Below are positions 1 to 30,600 of a stretch of DNA of 64,000 nt, piece by piece. The position numbers and the translations under genes are program-made. The notes below the pieces were generated by a model that was not told the DNA's origin, did not search any database, and saw only the letters and a list, made by a program, of their open reading frames with translations. Every line of letters starts with the position of its first letter. The first letter of the stretch is position 1. The DNA is from Klebsormidium nitens (lineage: Eukaryota > Plantae > Klebsormidiophyceae): positions 12,838 to 76,837 of the forward strand of contig DF237389.1 of the NCBI GenBank assembly GCA_000708835.1, given 5' to 3'.

Positions 1-152
1 CGAACTTCAGCGGAACCACGAAAGCTTTTCATACGAAACATCCCCCAAACGTCAAATCCAGCCAACAGGTATCTACTGGGCCTGTAGACTTTACTTGGAA
101 AGGCCCAGAAGCATTGCGGGTATTGGCACGGACCCAGACTCTGCGCCCTTAC

Positions 153-10864
<10,712 letters not shown>

Positions 10865-11383
10865 TGCTTCGCTCGCGACGTGCGTCGATTGGACTTTTCT
10901 GAAGACAACTAACAACGAGGACGGACAGCTGCACTGCCGTTGCAGACTCTCTAGAGATGCTAGCTGCTTTTAGCCGCATTTGCCTCAGGCTCCCTCCCAT
11001 ATGGAAACGCAACCGTGAAAGCTTTTGCTGCTTGCATTGAGCCGGGTTTTCTAGAAGCTTTCTGGTTGGCGACAAGTGGCGCCAGTTGGCTCAGGCTTGC
11101 CAAAAGTGAAATGTCATCGGGCTTCCTAACCGTCGATGATACTTTGCCACACGCATTCGACGGCTTGTAGAATTTGTAGCGAACAATGATGTCCAACTGG
11201 CAAGTTTCGATGCCGCACTGGCAGTTTGCTGCCAGAACCTGCTGGAATGTCGGATGTCCCCCGTCCTAGTTCGCAGCTCGTTTTGCCAGAAGAACGAAGA
11301 GCTCTCTCTAGAGTCTAGGGAGGCCCATTTTCTCTGCTGGTGGTGCTCACGGTTACGGCTGCTGTAATTCTCAAATTGAAGCA

Positions 11384-13861
11384 ATGCACGCTGCTATTCG
11401 TGGAAGTGCCAGAAACACTTCTTTAATAAAGCTACACAAACTCTGTCGGCCGAGGGAAAGTGGGCGACAGACCGAGGTTGGGGAGATCTTCACTTGTCCC
11501 CTGGCATCATCTTCTCGTCTTTGCTTTCGTCTTTCATTTCAATCTGCATACCTCTGCACCAATTCAAACAGTCAGCGGCATAGATTGCTGGTGAAAGCAG
11601 CCCGGAAGGAAAGCTCGGTAGATAAAGCCACCTTTGAAGAGTGGCTTGCAGCAAACCCCTTGCCTTCCGCAGCAAGTTATCAAGTTCAAAGCCCTGAACG
11701 GAAAGCTGAGGAGGTTGTCCTCTCAAGTTCATCACAGGAGCTGATTCATCGGTCTGATTCAGGGGGGCTTAATGAACGAGCCAGCAAACAGAAAGGCGAA
11801 CTTGACCGACTGGAACCACAGTGGTGTGACTCAGCATTGTCTGTTCAGAAGGGGGAAAGTGCGCACATTGTGCCAGCGCTTTTAGTTCAAGCTCCTTCCG
11901 TTGATTGGTCAAAGATTCAAAATGGGGCGCCGACAGTGCGCTCTCATTTCCTTGACAGTCTAGGACAAAGCAAAAGGTCGAGCGGCAGCCATGGTCACTG
12001 GAGAAGCTTCAGTTGGAAGGAGACAGGAGAATCTCTGCAGCGGTTGCTACATCAGGGAAGGCAGCTGTATTGGTGTCCTGAGAGCAGGAGCTTTGTAGAG
12101 GTGGATCTGGACACTAGAGCGCCAGTCTTTTGCTTTGTGCCACCAAGTATGCAGAGTTGGGGAATGAGACAAGGCGCTATCTTAAGTGTTGGGCACTTCC
12201 TCGACCAGCTTCAACAAAGTCACGAGTCTGCTCAAGGGAAAATCAGTTTAGCCCAGCAAAAGTTGCATCAAAGACAAGCGGGATCTGTGCAGCCTACAGC
12301 AGGAGAGGAATCCATGGAAGAGACTGGATTACAGGGGAGCCAGAATCGTCCTGAGTTGCAAGCTCCTGAGCTTCTGACGGTGCAGTCTTCGGATGATTCT
12401 CGTGAGGACGGAGTGTCATTCTCTGATTCAATGATTCAGACCTTGGATCAGAGCCCTGAAGACCCTTCACATTCAATCAGCCTGGCGGCCCCGACCAAAG
12501 CAGGACCGAAACAGCTCAGAAGGGTAAGAAGGCTGTCACTTCTCCGCCGGAAGGAGAAGCATCTGGTGATATTGCTGACGTCAGCAGCGGCAGCGCTGTG
12601 CATCTGGGAGGATGGGCAGCTGGTGCGGCACAAAGTGATCACCGCTTACACGGTGCGCGCAAAGCAGGGCAAGTCGCAGCTGAATCACATGAGGGGGAAA
12701 ACGGGCGGGGGGCTGAGCGTAGGAGGGTCGTTGCGGATGCAAGAAACTGCCCGCCTCTTTATTAGAGTCAACGAGGTGAGGTGATTCAAAGTCAGTGAGG
12801 TGATTGACTGTGGCTGCTCGTTCAGACCCCATAGAAGGGGAACACGGGGCTGCCCTGGAACCTCCCCGTGCTAAAAGCCCATCCATTCGAAGGCCCTATT
12901 CAGTCGCTGATGTTAGAGGCCAGGCAGCCTTCTGAAGGTAGCTTTCAGAATCCACATTCTTCATTCGCCAAGTTTTGCAGGCCCTTGTTACTTGCGGGAT
13001 CGTTTCGAAAGATCTCAGGAGACTTAGAGAGGAACGAATCTACGATCCTCAGGGAGTACTCCACTTGCGTTTAGCCCCTTTCGAGCAGTGAGAGCCACTG
13101 ATCCCTTTCTACTTCTTGCGCTCCAGGCCCTCTGGTTTCAGATGATGCGTACGCGCTGTTGCGAAGCTCCCAAGCAAGCATTGTTCCGAAAAAAAATCAT
13201 ACGGACGTTCCTGTTCTTGCAGAAGCTGACGGAATGGGCTGACGCCCTCGAGGGCTGCGGAGCTCTTTTTCACAGTGGCCCGATCCGCGCCTGGAATGAG
13301 GTTGGCCCCGACACCTTCCACGTGGATTCGACCATGCAACGTGGATGTTCGCTGATTGGTAGCAGGCTTGTGTCCCTGAAAGTTCGATTCGTATCTTCCT
13401 TCCTTCTTCTCTCGTCGTCTTGGCGACCAAACTCCCCACGTTCTTTGCGTGAGCGGCTCTTTTCGTGCTGCACTCCAATCAAATAATAGGACCCCACTTC
13501 CAGAGAAGGTCTATCTCTATTTGGCAACCATGTCGCAACTCCCACTCGTCATGCAAGGCCTTCCTGAACGTCGCCAATCAAGGAAATTCGCCTAACCAGC
13601 GCCCCGCTTTATCTGAACACTGGAGCTGACCTCAGGAAATAGGGACCTGGTTGCGGAAGTGGCTACTTTGGCGAAGAGTCAGGTTCAAAGTTGTGTGCGT
13701 GTTTGCAGGTCTTCTCGTGTCGTGATGTGCCATGTCCGCTGGATCGAAGGGACCCTCGATGGGTGCGCGTGGGTCTGAGCACACAAAAGCCGAGGCTGAA
13801 AGAGCTGCAAAGGTGGGCTCTCCGGTTGGGAAAAGCTGCCCTGCTCAGCCTTCAGTTGTAG
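11384..13861 (+). CDS. About 540-aa protein with a C-terminal VLRF1 (Vms1/ANKZF1-like release factor, Bacteroidetes-type) domain and a possible organelle transit peptide
   Basis: Exons 11384-12775, 13223-13300 and 13709-13861 are all phase 0 with GT-AG ends. The C-terminus reads HKVITAYTVRAKQGKSQ...GGSLRMQETARLFIRVNE-KLTEW...-VFSCRDVPCPLDRRDPRWVRV...PRLKELQR, matching the recalled VLRF1 pattern (Y-x-V-R-x-K-Q-G-x-x-Q, then G-S-x-L-R, then P-C-P-x-D-x-x-D-x-R). Confidence 0.75.
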
Positions 13862-14419
13862 TTTGCAATCAGGAATTATTTAGGCACTTGATTTACAACA
13901 TGACGGTTCCGACGTTCGTGAGGTTGCAGTCATCGTTGTTGTATGGGCTGGATTCAGGACTAGCTCTCTAGTCCTGAATCCACGTAAGAAATCAATGGTC
14001 TGCAAGGAGATTTTGGAGATTGTGCGGGTGTCACTGTACATACTGAATACTGAGGATCGATATGCTTTTGCAGGATATGCTACATCCTGAGCCATGGTGC
14101 GATGGGCCCAATCGACTGAGAGCGTTGGCTTTCATACTTGCGGGGTGCTTGTGTTTCGAAATGAGCCTGGGTCAGCAATTACAACGAATCTAATACTCGA
14201 GTCAGGTTTGTATTAGCATGTTGCTCAATAGGCCCCCGAAGAATCTTGCACATTCGACATGCCGGTGGCCCCCTGTTACGCTTTGACGGCGATTGAGGAG
14301 AAAACTCGTGAACGACCGAGTTGGTCGTCGGATCATATCATGGAAGCCTGCAGACAAGTTTCAAAGGTCAACCCATGTGTTATAACTGAGCCTTTGACCG
14401 GACAGTTGACCGCAAGGCT

Positions 14420-15130
14420 AGCAGTAGTGGATTAATTGGTTCGACGGTCACTAATGTGTCGATCCGATTCAATCCGGTTACCGTCGGGCGGCAAGGGCCG
14501 TTCGATGCATAAGCAGCTAATTGTGCTTATACATAATATCAATCGTATTGCGGTCCAGCTGTCGTGCCCGCGGGCGCGCAGCATATGCTATCTACACGTA
14601 TGTCCTCGATCCTCGATCTATCCGCGCCAATCGATCGGCCCATGCAGCGCGGCCTCCTGTGGCTCCCGGCACCCTGACTGGCCCCACTGGCATCGATCTC
14701 TACCATATTGAACACTCGCAGCTAGCTTGCCGCGGGCCCGGGCATGATATATCATGCATAACAATGCAAATGATCGATATGTACGTACAGCCGCGGACTC
14801 ATGCAATATCGAGGTCCATTTGGTCCCATGATATAGCTAGCTGTCGTGGCCTTATAAATTGAGTTAGCTCGCGAATCCATTGCACATACATGCGCCACTG
14901 GCCCAATTGCACGGATCTACTGAGTGACTTTGACAACATAAATATGTCCGATTACCGCCACTCAGTGCATGCGCGTTGTCGGAACGAAATTCGAATGATA
15001 GCGCTAGGTCGATTCCAGCTTCCGCGCCGGCCGGGCGGCCATGCAGAGCCATAGCTGGTCCGGGTCCGGACGTATCTAGCGGCCTCATGGAGCCACATGC
15101 GATATGTGGAGCTCAACGTACTTGCAGCTA
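14420..15130. other. Intergenic tract rich in short palindromes
   Basis: Hand count: 20 palindromic 4-mers in 117 windows at 14581-14700, against about 7 expected at uniform composition. A perfect 16-bp palindrome, gcatgatatatcatgc, lies at 14742-14757. Confidence 0.8.
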
Positions 15131-15769
15131 TAGACGGTACTAACTAAGGATTGAACTAATTCAATCAAAGAATGTATGGATTATTTATAACAGGAGAACC
15201 ATGCACTGTGACCGGATCATATCGAAGCTGAATCGCACGCACCCACACTGACACTTGGAAGCTTTTGGATGAACTCGGACGGGTCTGAGGGGAATCAATC
15301 AAATCACTGTACGAGCATGTCGGAAGCGTATGCATACAACCGTGAATGATTTCTTGAACGATCCAATCAAATGATTGGTTCGACATGCGTTACACTGGCA
15401 CGTCGTCAGTTTCTTGACTGCACCTTGAGCAGGTTTGGAATTGCATCATCGCTAGATGCAACACCGCAATCAGGATTGTAAGTGTATATATCAAAGGCCT
15501 CAAGTTCAACAAATCAAATATCTTTGCAGGTGGACTTCCATTGAGACGTAAGTATAAACAGCGGAGTATGGTTGAAAGCAGATTTTCCGGTGGGCTCGAT
15601 AGCAACCTGACCATACCACACGAGGATGAGGAATGGACTAACCTAGCAACAACCTGATTCCAAGTGCTCAGAGCCTACTTCTGTATACAAGAATCTGTTG
15701 CCTGCACACCCTGAACATTGTCCTGTGGTTGCAAACGAAACCAGCCGCTCTTACAGCCCCTCCATGTGC

Positions 15770-23368
<7,599 letters not shown>

Positions 23369-26300
23369 ACTATGCAGCTGGGAATAAAAAGGCTTTTTAT
23401 GGAGGGATCAAAGCCACCCCTGCCAGAGGGGATCTGAGCTGCTTCCGGGTGCGCCAATCAGTGCTGACTAGGCACGCGTATCTGAGTCAGCACGAGGGCA
23501 TAGACCGCAGCCATGGCAGGTGCAAGTTGAAACCTGCCCGTATGTCGTCTTCCTCCCCTTTTCTCGATTGTCCGTTTTAGGGTTTTTAGGGTTTGCTTTT
23601 CTTGGAACTGTTAGGGTTTCTGGCTGCCGAAACGCCGCGTAACATCTGACCCTCAATACAATTCTTGAGAGCCGTCCGATGTATTCCAAAGGCAGTACCC
23701 TGCCGTCAGATGTGATAACAACGGAGAGTCTGAGCCGTTCAAGGCATGGACCTTGTTAAAACCGTCCGATCATGTGAGCCTACCGGGTCATCCTACTGGA
23801 CGGACTCAGTCGCCCGCCGCTTTGAAGATAATATAGGTACCATGCTCTGCCTTCGATTCGGATGGGCGACTGGGCGTACTAATTTATCCATTCCTAGGGC
23901 CCTCGTTCTCAATACTTGTCATCCTTGTGCCCGAAGACAATGTTTTTGCTTGTAGATCGATCCTATACTATCTATACTAGGCCGTTGCGAATCGGAAAAG
24001 TTTGTCTCCTTAGGCTTAACTTGGCTGCGACGTTAAGGGGGGCGTTGACGACGTCTTCGAGCCGGGGGCCCCATGGCTGTAGCTTAATCAGGTCGAAGAT
24101 ATAGATCTGTACCGTTCAACTAGGAAAGCAAAGCGTCGAGCAGATTCCGCCGAATCCAAGAAAACAAGCAACCTTGCCGCTCACCGGCAGTGCAGTCCGA
24201 CGTCCGATCGTCAGTTTGCCGCAAGGAATACGGTCTCGACAATGGTCAGCGGACTGCCACAATTGCCTGGCCTTCTGAGTTTTTGAACGGTCTCACGGGC
24301 TGGCACCTGCGTTTCTGGCCCGTTTCTGGCGCTTTAAGATTGAAGACGCAAAGATGCCAATGGTTCATTCGCCCTAGTACTAGCTCATGCCCAGCACAGA
24401 TGACAGCTCCCTGTGAATGCCCACGTCAAAATGAAGGTTCGAGACTAGTGCAGAGAGTAGACGTCAATTGGACGCTGCATGTCAATCCGGGGCTGCAATT
24501 GATGCTTCGACAGAATTTTGCAAACGTTTCAGGCACACTAGTGCACTGATCTATAGCATGCGAAGCTTGGAAACCACCTGATCTAGATACGCAAAGATTG
24601 GAAACAAGCACGACTCAAGTACGTAAAGTCGTATCAGCCCCTCGATCTAACACTGAACCCTTTTCCTTGCTGATCGATATCTTTTGAGATTGAATCTTTG
24701 AAGTTCACAAGGCTTTCGGGATCTCAGACAGATTTGCATCAATAGATGACATTACCTGGAGTCACAACACCTCCGAGGAAGTGGGTCGAACCCAGAATTA
24801 TCTCCTCACGCAACGTTCAAATATATCTTGAAGTTCCAAAGAAGCCGTTCGCGGAAGAATCCTTCCGACGACATACCTTTTATTTAGAGAAGTTCTGAGT
24901 ATATCCCGGTGTCACGAAGACTCAGTGTCAGCTTAGGGTTTGTGGCACTCGAAGGAATCCGGATAGACTTCAGAGAAACTTTTGACGAACGTGGTAAAGA
25001 CGTGTCACAGGATCAAACGTTTGTTGGAAAGTTGCTGATAAAACCTTGGCACAGGACAAGAAACGCAGACGTTCAAGTTCCAGCTCCAAATAATGTTGCT
25101 GACGTTCTGCCGTTAGACAAACGTACATGAATCGGGAGATTGGGCGTGAACACTTCGTCAATTCTAAGGTGGGGCCAAAACGCGTACATGCCTGATTGCC
25201 TCTTTCCCTAATTCAAAACAGCGTCTAAAATTAAGAATTTTATGGTCTTCGATGTAAAGTGTTTGGCCATGAATGATCAGTACATGATCAAGGTCGACGC
25301 TAGAGGAGCTACTGCTGGCCGCCGCCAACAGCGTACGTCGGAGCCGCGAGGAAGCTTCCCTAGAGCTTCGAGGCATGTACGCAAGCTGTTTATTCAAATA
25401 GCCGTGTCAGGGGGGGTTTCAGCCTGGTGGATCAGCACATCAGGGTTTGAGAGGAATCTTGGCGCTATCTTCGAGGGTCACCATTTACGTACAGCTTGAG
25501 TTGGCCATTTGAAGAATGGACATAATGCTCGCCTTTTGGCCTTTTATGGATGTAGAGACCAAGTTTTTCAAACCTGAAAGGCTTCCCGATGGTTGATGGC
25601 TGAGGTTACAGAGTCCTCAATCGACGTCCGTGAATGGCGTTCTTCTTTCCATTAAACCACTATTCGGAGTTGAGTGCAGCACTTTGCAGGGGGCATCTGG
25701 GGATGTGTGCGGCGCTGTGAAGCCTGCTTTCTTTCTTTCTGTGTGAACTTCGTCCGTCTGAGCATCCTAATATCGGACGTGTACTCCACAGAGATGTGTC
25801 AAATCTACGAAACAGTTTGTTTGGTAACCATCACGTATTCCGGGTGGACCGCACCTAGCAAACTGTTCCGTAGGTACTGAATCTCGCGGCCATAGTCTGC
25901 TGCAGTTTCCTCCTCTATGGTTGCGGGGTTATCGTGACGACGTTCCCGTCATGGGCCGTCATGCAGCTGCAAGCCGTCACTATCTGCTGCCTGCAGCATA
26001 CGCAACGTGGCCAGTGTACGTCAGCAACGGATGATTCCTAGCGTGTGGGTAACGCAGCTCTGTTTGGGTTCCTACGGGCAGCAGTAAAGTGAGCCAGCAG
26101 CATCGAGGGGGCATCGAGGCAGCATCACCATGAACTAGAACGGCAGCACGGGCCGGGCCCGCTGCCTTGCACATGGGCCGCCTTCTTGACATTGCCACTT
26201 GCTCACAGAGCTGATATCCGAATCTCTTATTCGAGCCCCATTCGAGCGCCACCGTCGTCACTCACTCGTCTTCACGTACGATACATACTAAGCCGTCAAC

Positions 26301-26642
26301 CTATTAGCCTGAAGGAGTGAAGGTGCAGGTAGGCGCTTCCAAGATCTAGCCTGACCGGACTGCAGCCTGCGCGCGCAGCTGCCACCTAGGCTATTTCAGC
26401 ATCGCGACTCGATCCAGTAGCAGAAAGAAGCCTGGCCACTTATATCTATAAAGCATTCAGAGGAGGTTAGCAGTACGTACGTACGTGGATATGCATCGAG
26501 TCCTGCATGGCCCATGTGTGCATGATCGCTTGTCTCGAGACGGTTGAGCCTAGCTCAGGCTGACCATGTCATGAGGTCAGAGCCCGGGGCGCTATAGGCG
26601 GCTGTGCATGCAGTGAATTCAAACCTGAAAACATGCTACCCT

Positions 26643-27116
26643 CACAAGCAACCTGGGAATTCTTTTTTGTTCGCGGTAGATTCTTCGTTATCTGTTTGAG
26701 TCGAGCGCGGCGGTGAATTTTCGAATTACCGCCGGCGAGTCGTACGGCGGTTTTCGATTCAGTGTAAAAATTCGGGACTTAGCCGTTTTCGGAGGTCAAA
26801 ATCGCCCGTACACGGGGCAAAAGTCAAAATCTGGCCGAAAAGCTGCCATAAGTCGGTCGAAAAAATTATTTGGACCAAACCCTCCGGTCAATCTCTTGTA
26901 TACGCCCTCCCCATGAACTCCAACATTTTACATCGTCCAATTTGACCCACATATGATACCGACCATGTCAAATATGATCTTAAATATCAAAAAATGGCAA
27001 TTCTGCGGGTAAAAATCGCCGTGAGTACACGCATACGCGACTCGGCGCGAAACTCCCTATTGCGCACGGATTTTTCAACTTTTTGCCTCTAGACTCGCAG
27101 GTTCAGGTTGCTTGTG
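26643..27116. mobile_element. Candidate non-autonomous DNA transposon with CAC termini (CMC/CACTA-like), 474 bp
   Basis: Perfect 13-bp inverted termini: cacaagcaacctg (26643-26655) and caggttgcttgtg (27104-27116). CT flanks both sides. The interior has A/T runs and gagtcg/cgactc motifs in opposite orientations, unlike the palindrome-rich flanks. Confidence 0.45.
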
Positions 27117-27672
27117 CTACTCGAATAATTCGGATCGAGTTAAAGTGCCAAATGTGCACTGCACATGCACAGCTAGTATAGCACATGGACTGGCGCTGCG
27201 GGGGCCGTTCGCGGCCGCGCGGCCTCGTCGAATGTATAGGCTGGCCGGCGCGGCGCAATGAACGGGGCGCACGTACATTATATGGTCGGATTCGATGTTG
27301 CCGGCCCTTCGCAACAAGCTGGCAGCATGAGCATGGTGAGCAGTCTGCCCCGCATGCATTAAATTTTAAGCACAGAAGTTTGCGCAGGTCAAATCAATAC
27401 TGAGTTGAGGTTCACTGAGCGCGATAAGTAATCGCACAACAAATTACTTTCCTCCAACATATGGCATATGGCTGTGTTCATATTTTCAATTCCCGGATCG
27501 TCTCTATCTCTTGCTTTGAAAACACTAGATCATACAGAACGTGGGACGTTTTAACAGATCGAAACCTCATTATTGACAAATTAGAATCTGGAAGAATTTG
27601 GCCTTCTACTACCAAGGTAAGGGTTCATTAGCCTAAGCGTAAGCGACGGAGTACTTCCCCCAACCGTGCCGG

Positions 27673-30600
27673 TCACGGCCCTTCCCAAAAATTAGTCGGG
27701 TCTTCGCTATACAACGTCCTATCGGCTATCTCGAGGTTCCCGACGTGATAGTCCACAGTGCGTGCTTGGAGAATCTTGACAAGGAAGAGCAAGAGGGGGA
27801 ACAGCCACCACCCATATTCAGAGTCACTCGTTCCGGAGGTCACGGACGGCCAGCCCTGGTGACTGTGGGCAATAGCACCGCAAACGACCGCAACAACCTG
27901 CGAGCGATGAAGGATAAGAGTCACTCAGGGCTGCGTTTTCCGGCTGCTTGCGGCTGACGTGCTCAAAGCTTCACGCGTACGAATTGGCGTTTCGGCGTTC
28001 AAGTACTGCTCAACAAGGGAATTCACGGACGATTCAGACCGCTTAGATGCAGCAAAGTTCTCCTTATCCGCCACGAAAGAAGTCCGCTGCAGAACGTGGA
28101 CCATGACTTCACAACTCTGTTCTACGTGTTGGTCCCATTACATCGTTGACACTGCTAATTCGGTTGCCAGTAGGCCCCAAAAGCAGAACCACTCTCCTCA
28201 TTATTTCCAAAAACGATGCCACGAGGTTTGTCAACGGATCCTGTTACGAACTGCCCCCTGAAACTGGTCCCGTCACCGTTCCCTTCCAAACCACAAGCGG
28301 CCACGTGGCACTCACCACGTTCCACATGGAGGTCCCGTTCCAGAGGTTGTAGTAGCGCGCCAGGCTGGCGGCGCGGCGGGGCACGTGCGTGAAGAGCGCG
28401 TTCAGCCCCGCGGCAGCCGCAAAGAAAGCAATGAAGGGGGGGAGCAGCAGGACGAGGAGAAAGGCGGTGAGGCTGATGCTGTAGAACTGGAGGAGGAGCA
28501 GCAGGCTGAGGCACAGGTCGGAGAGGAGCAGGCTCGACATGAGCAGGCCCACCGCAGCCTGCAGGGGTTAGGGAGCGGGTTTGGAGACGGGTTAGGAAAG
28601 CCCTAACCATAGTGTTTGAGACGGAAAAACGCTCGAGGTGCTCGTGAAACGAAGCAGGCTCAACGAACAGGTCGGAGAGGAGCAGGCTCGACATGAGCAG
28701 GCCCACCGCAGCCTGCAGGCGTTAAGAAGAGGGTTAGCGGGACGGTTAGGGAAAATTTAGGAGGCTGGTGGTACAAACGAAAGCTCAAAATACGGAGGCG
28801 GTATCCCAGGAGGGGAAGACAGGCCTGCTCGATATGAGCAGGCCCACCGCAACCTGCGGGTTAGGAGGAGGGTTAAGGAGAGGGTTGAAAAACAAAGTAA
28901 AGACACTGCAGGAGGAATGATTACCCAAGACATAGAAGCGGTGTTTGAGAAAGAAGAAGGCTCATTAGATTGGAGAGGGGCAAGCTCGACGGAAGCAGGC
29001 CCACCGCAGCCTGCAGATTAGGAAGAGGGTTAAGAAAGCCTAAAAAAAGTGTAAGACAAACATGACACAAGATTTGAAGATAGAACACTGCTCCCTGGTG
29101 TGAACCGTTGGTCACCGTGGAACAAGTCGTTGGCAGCCGAGCAGAGAGGATCTTCTAATACATCGAGCAGAGAGCTCCGGAGCGCGCAGAAAGATCGGAG
29201 TCATGATCATTTCGCAAAAACGAATTGAACCGCGTACTGCCCACTCACATGGTGCCCGAGCGGCTTGAGATTCGTCATGACGAACTGCGTCGGGTACAGC
29301 AGCGTCTTCCGGTCCTGCAAGCTGCGCAGCGTGACCCCATCCACGATACCCCCCCCTATCCGCCGCCGCGCAAGAGAGTACGAGTAGTGATACATCCCCC
29401 CCCCGAGATGGGGGGGCGCCGCGGAGGGAGCGTGGCGCGGGCTCGCTACGGGGCTGGTGGGAAGGGGTGGGGAGGCGATTGAGGAGGAGCCGAGAACTGG
29501 GGAGGGGGGCTCGGCTGATGAAGAAAGGATGACGCCCAATTGGTAGTAGCCGGAAGACGTCGCCTGCAGAGGAAGGACGAGGGTTGCAAAAAAGCTAAGC
29601 CTTTCTTTCTTTTTGCCCTTTTCTCCATGCGCGGGGGTAAATTTTTGGACCAATCCTTAAGTCGGGGTGGTCACAACCGGATCGGAGAAAGTTGGCGCTG
29701 TTGGGCTGTCGCCAAGGGGCATCAGCAGTCGCATATTGAAGCCTGAAGCCGAACAAGCTGGACTTACGATGACTGAGTGCTGTGCACTCACCCGACCCAC
29801 AAACACAAGCAGTTTGAAGGACTACTACTTATAATCAACCTTCTTTATAAACAGAAGACAAGGGCTTTGAAGGGGAGCTAGGTTTGTATTAGTAAACGCA
29901 ATCACACGTACGAGTGGATTGGGGCGGTAGACGTATTGACACCGACCATTATTATGTCGTTAGAGGAACTTTAATATATGGTACATCGTAGGCCATCATG
30001 AGTGGAGAGCCTATAACATCCCAAGAGCCATCCCTTCTGAACCTCAACTCGGGGTGCTAAACACAGAGCCGTTGGATTCCAAGTCTAAGGATCAAGATAC
30101 AAAGCACTGTTGGCTGACCTGGAACCAGGCGAGGTCTATCCGCAGGCCGTGCATTCGCAGCCAGGGGTTGGCGTGCGTCCCGATCCAGGCCAGCAGCGGC
30201 GCGAGCCCCCGCCGCAGGCAGCCCTGCCGTACCGTGCGCAGCTGCGCGTTTAAGCCGGCCACCATGCGGTACCAGATGGAGGCGGGGAGCATCTGTGAAC
30301 GGATAAAAGATGCTCTGTGATTCGTTGCTTTTGCAAAGAATGCAGTTGACAGCAGGTTGACAACAACTTTCACAATTTGTAAGCCACTGATCCGTTGTCA
30401 GCTGCGCGTTCAGGCCGGCCACCTTGCGGTCTCAAAAGGAGGCGGGGAGCATGTGCGGACGGAAGAGGAAAGGATTGTTTCTAGGAGGTAAACCCCAGTT
30501 TGTTTACCAACCAAGTAAATATATGGTATAGCAGATGGAGCTGAGAGACGTCTGCTAAGTGAATGGACAAAAACCCTCGTGAGGCAGTGACGTGATCAGC

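Noticed and set aside
23369-23480. Iron-responsive element in the aconitase 5' UTR
   Set aside because: No CAGUGN-looped hairpin was found, only a short A/T inverted repeat.
24770-24800. GGTTCGACCC T-loop-like motif on the minus strand as a tRNA
   Set aside because: The T-stem does not pair, and no cloverleaf can be drawn.
24190-25500. ORF-track entries of 60-119 aa as a gene
   Set aside because: There is no recognisable motif, no consistent splice-phase chain and no high-GC3 bias like that of the real exons.
28560-29040. GGTTAG(G) motifs as interstitial telomere repeats
   Set aside because: They are dispersed and non-tandem, and they equal the CTAAC branch-point motifs of the duplicated acceptors on the minus strand.
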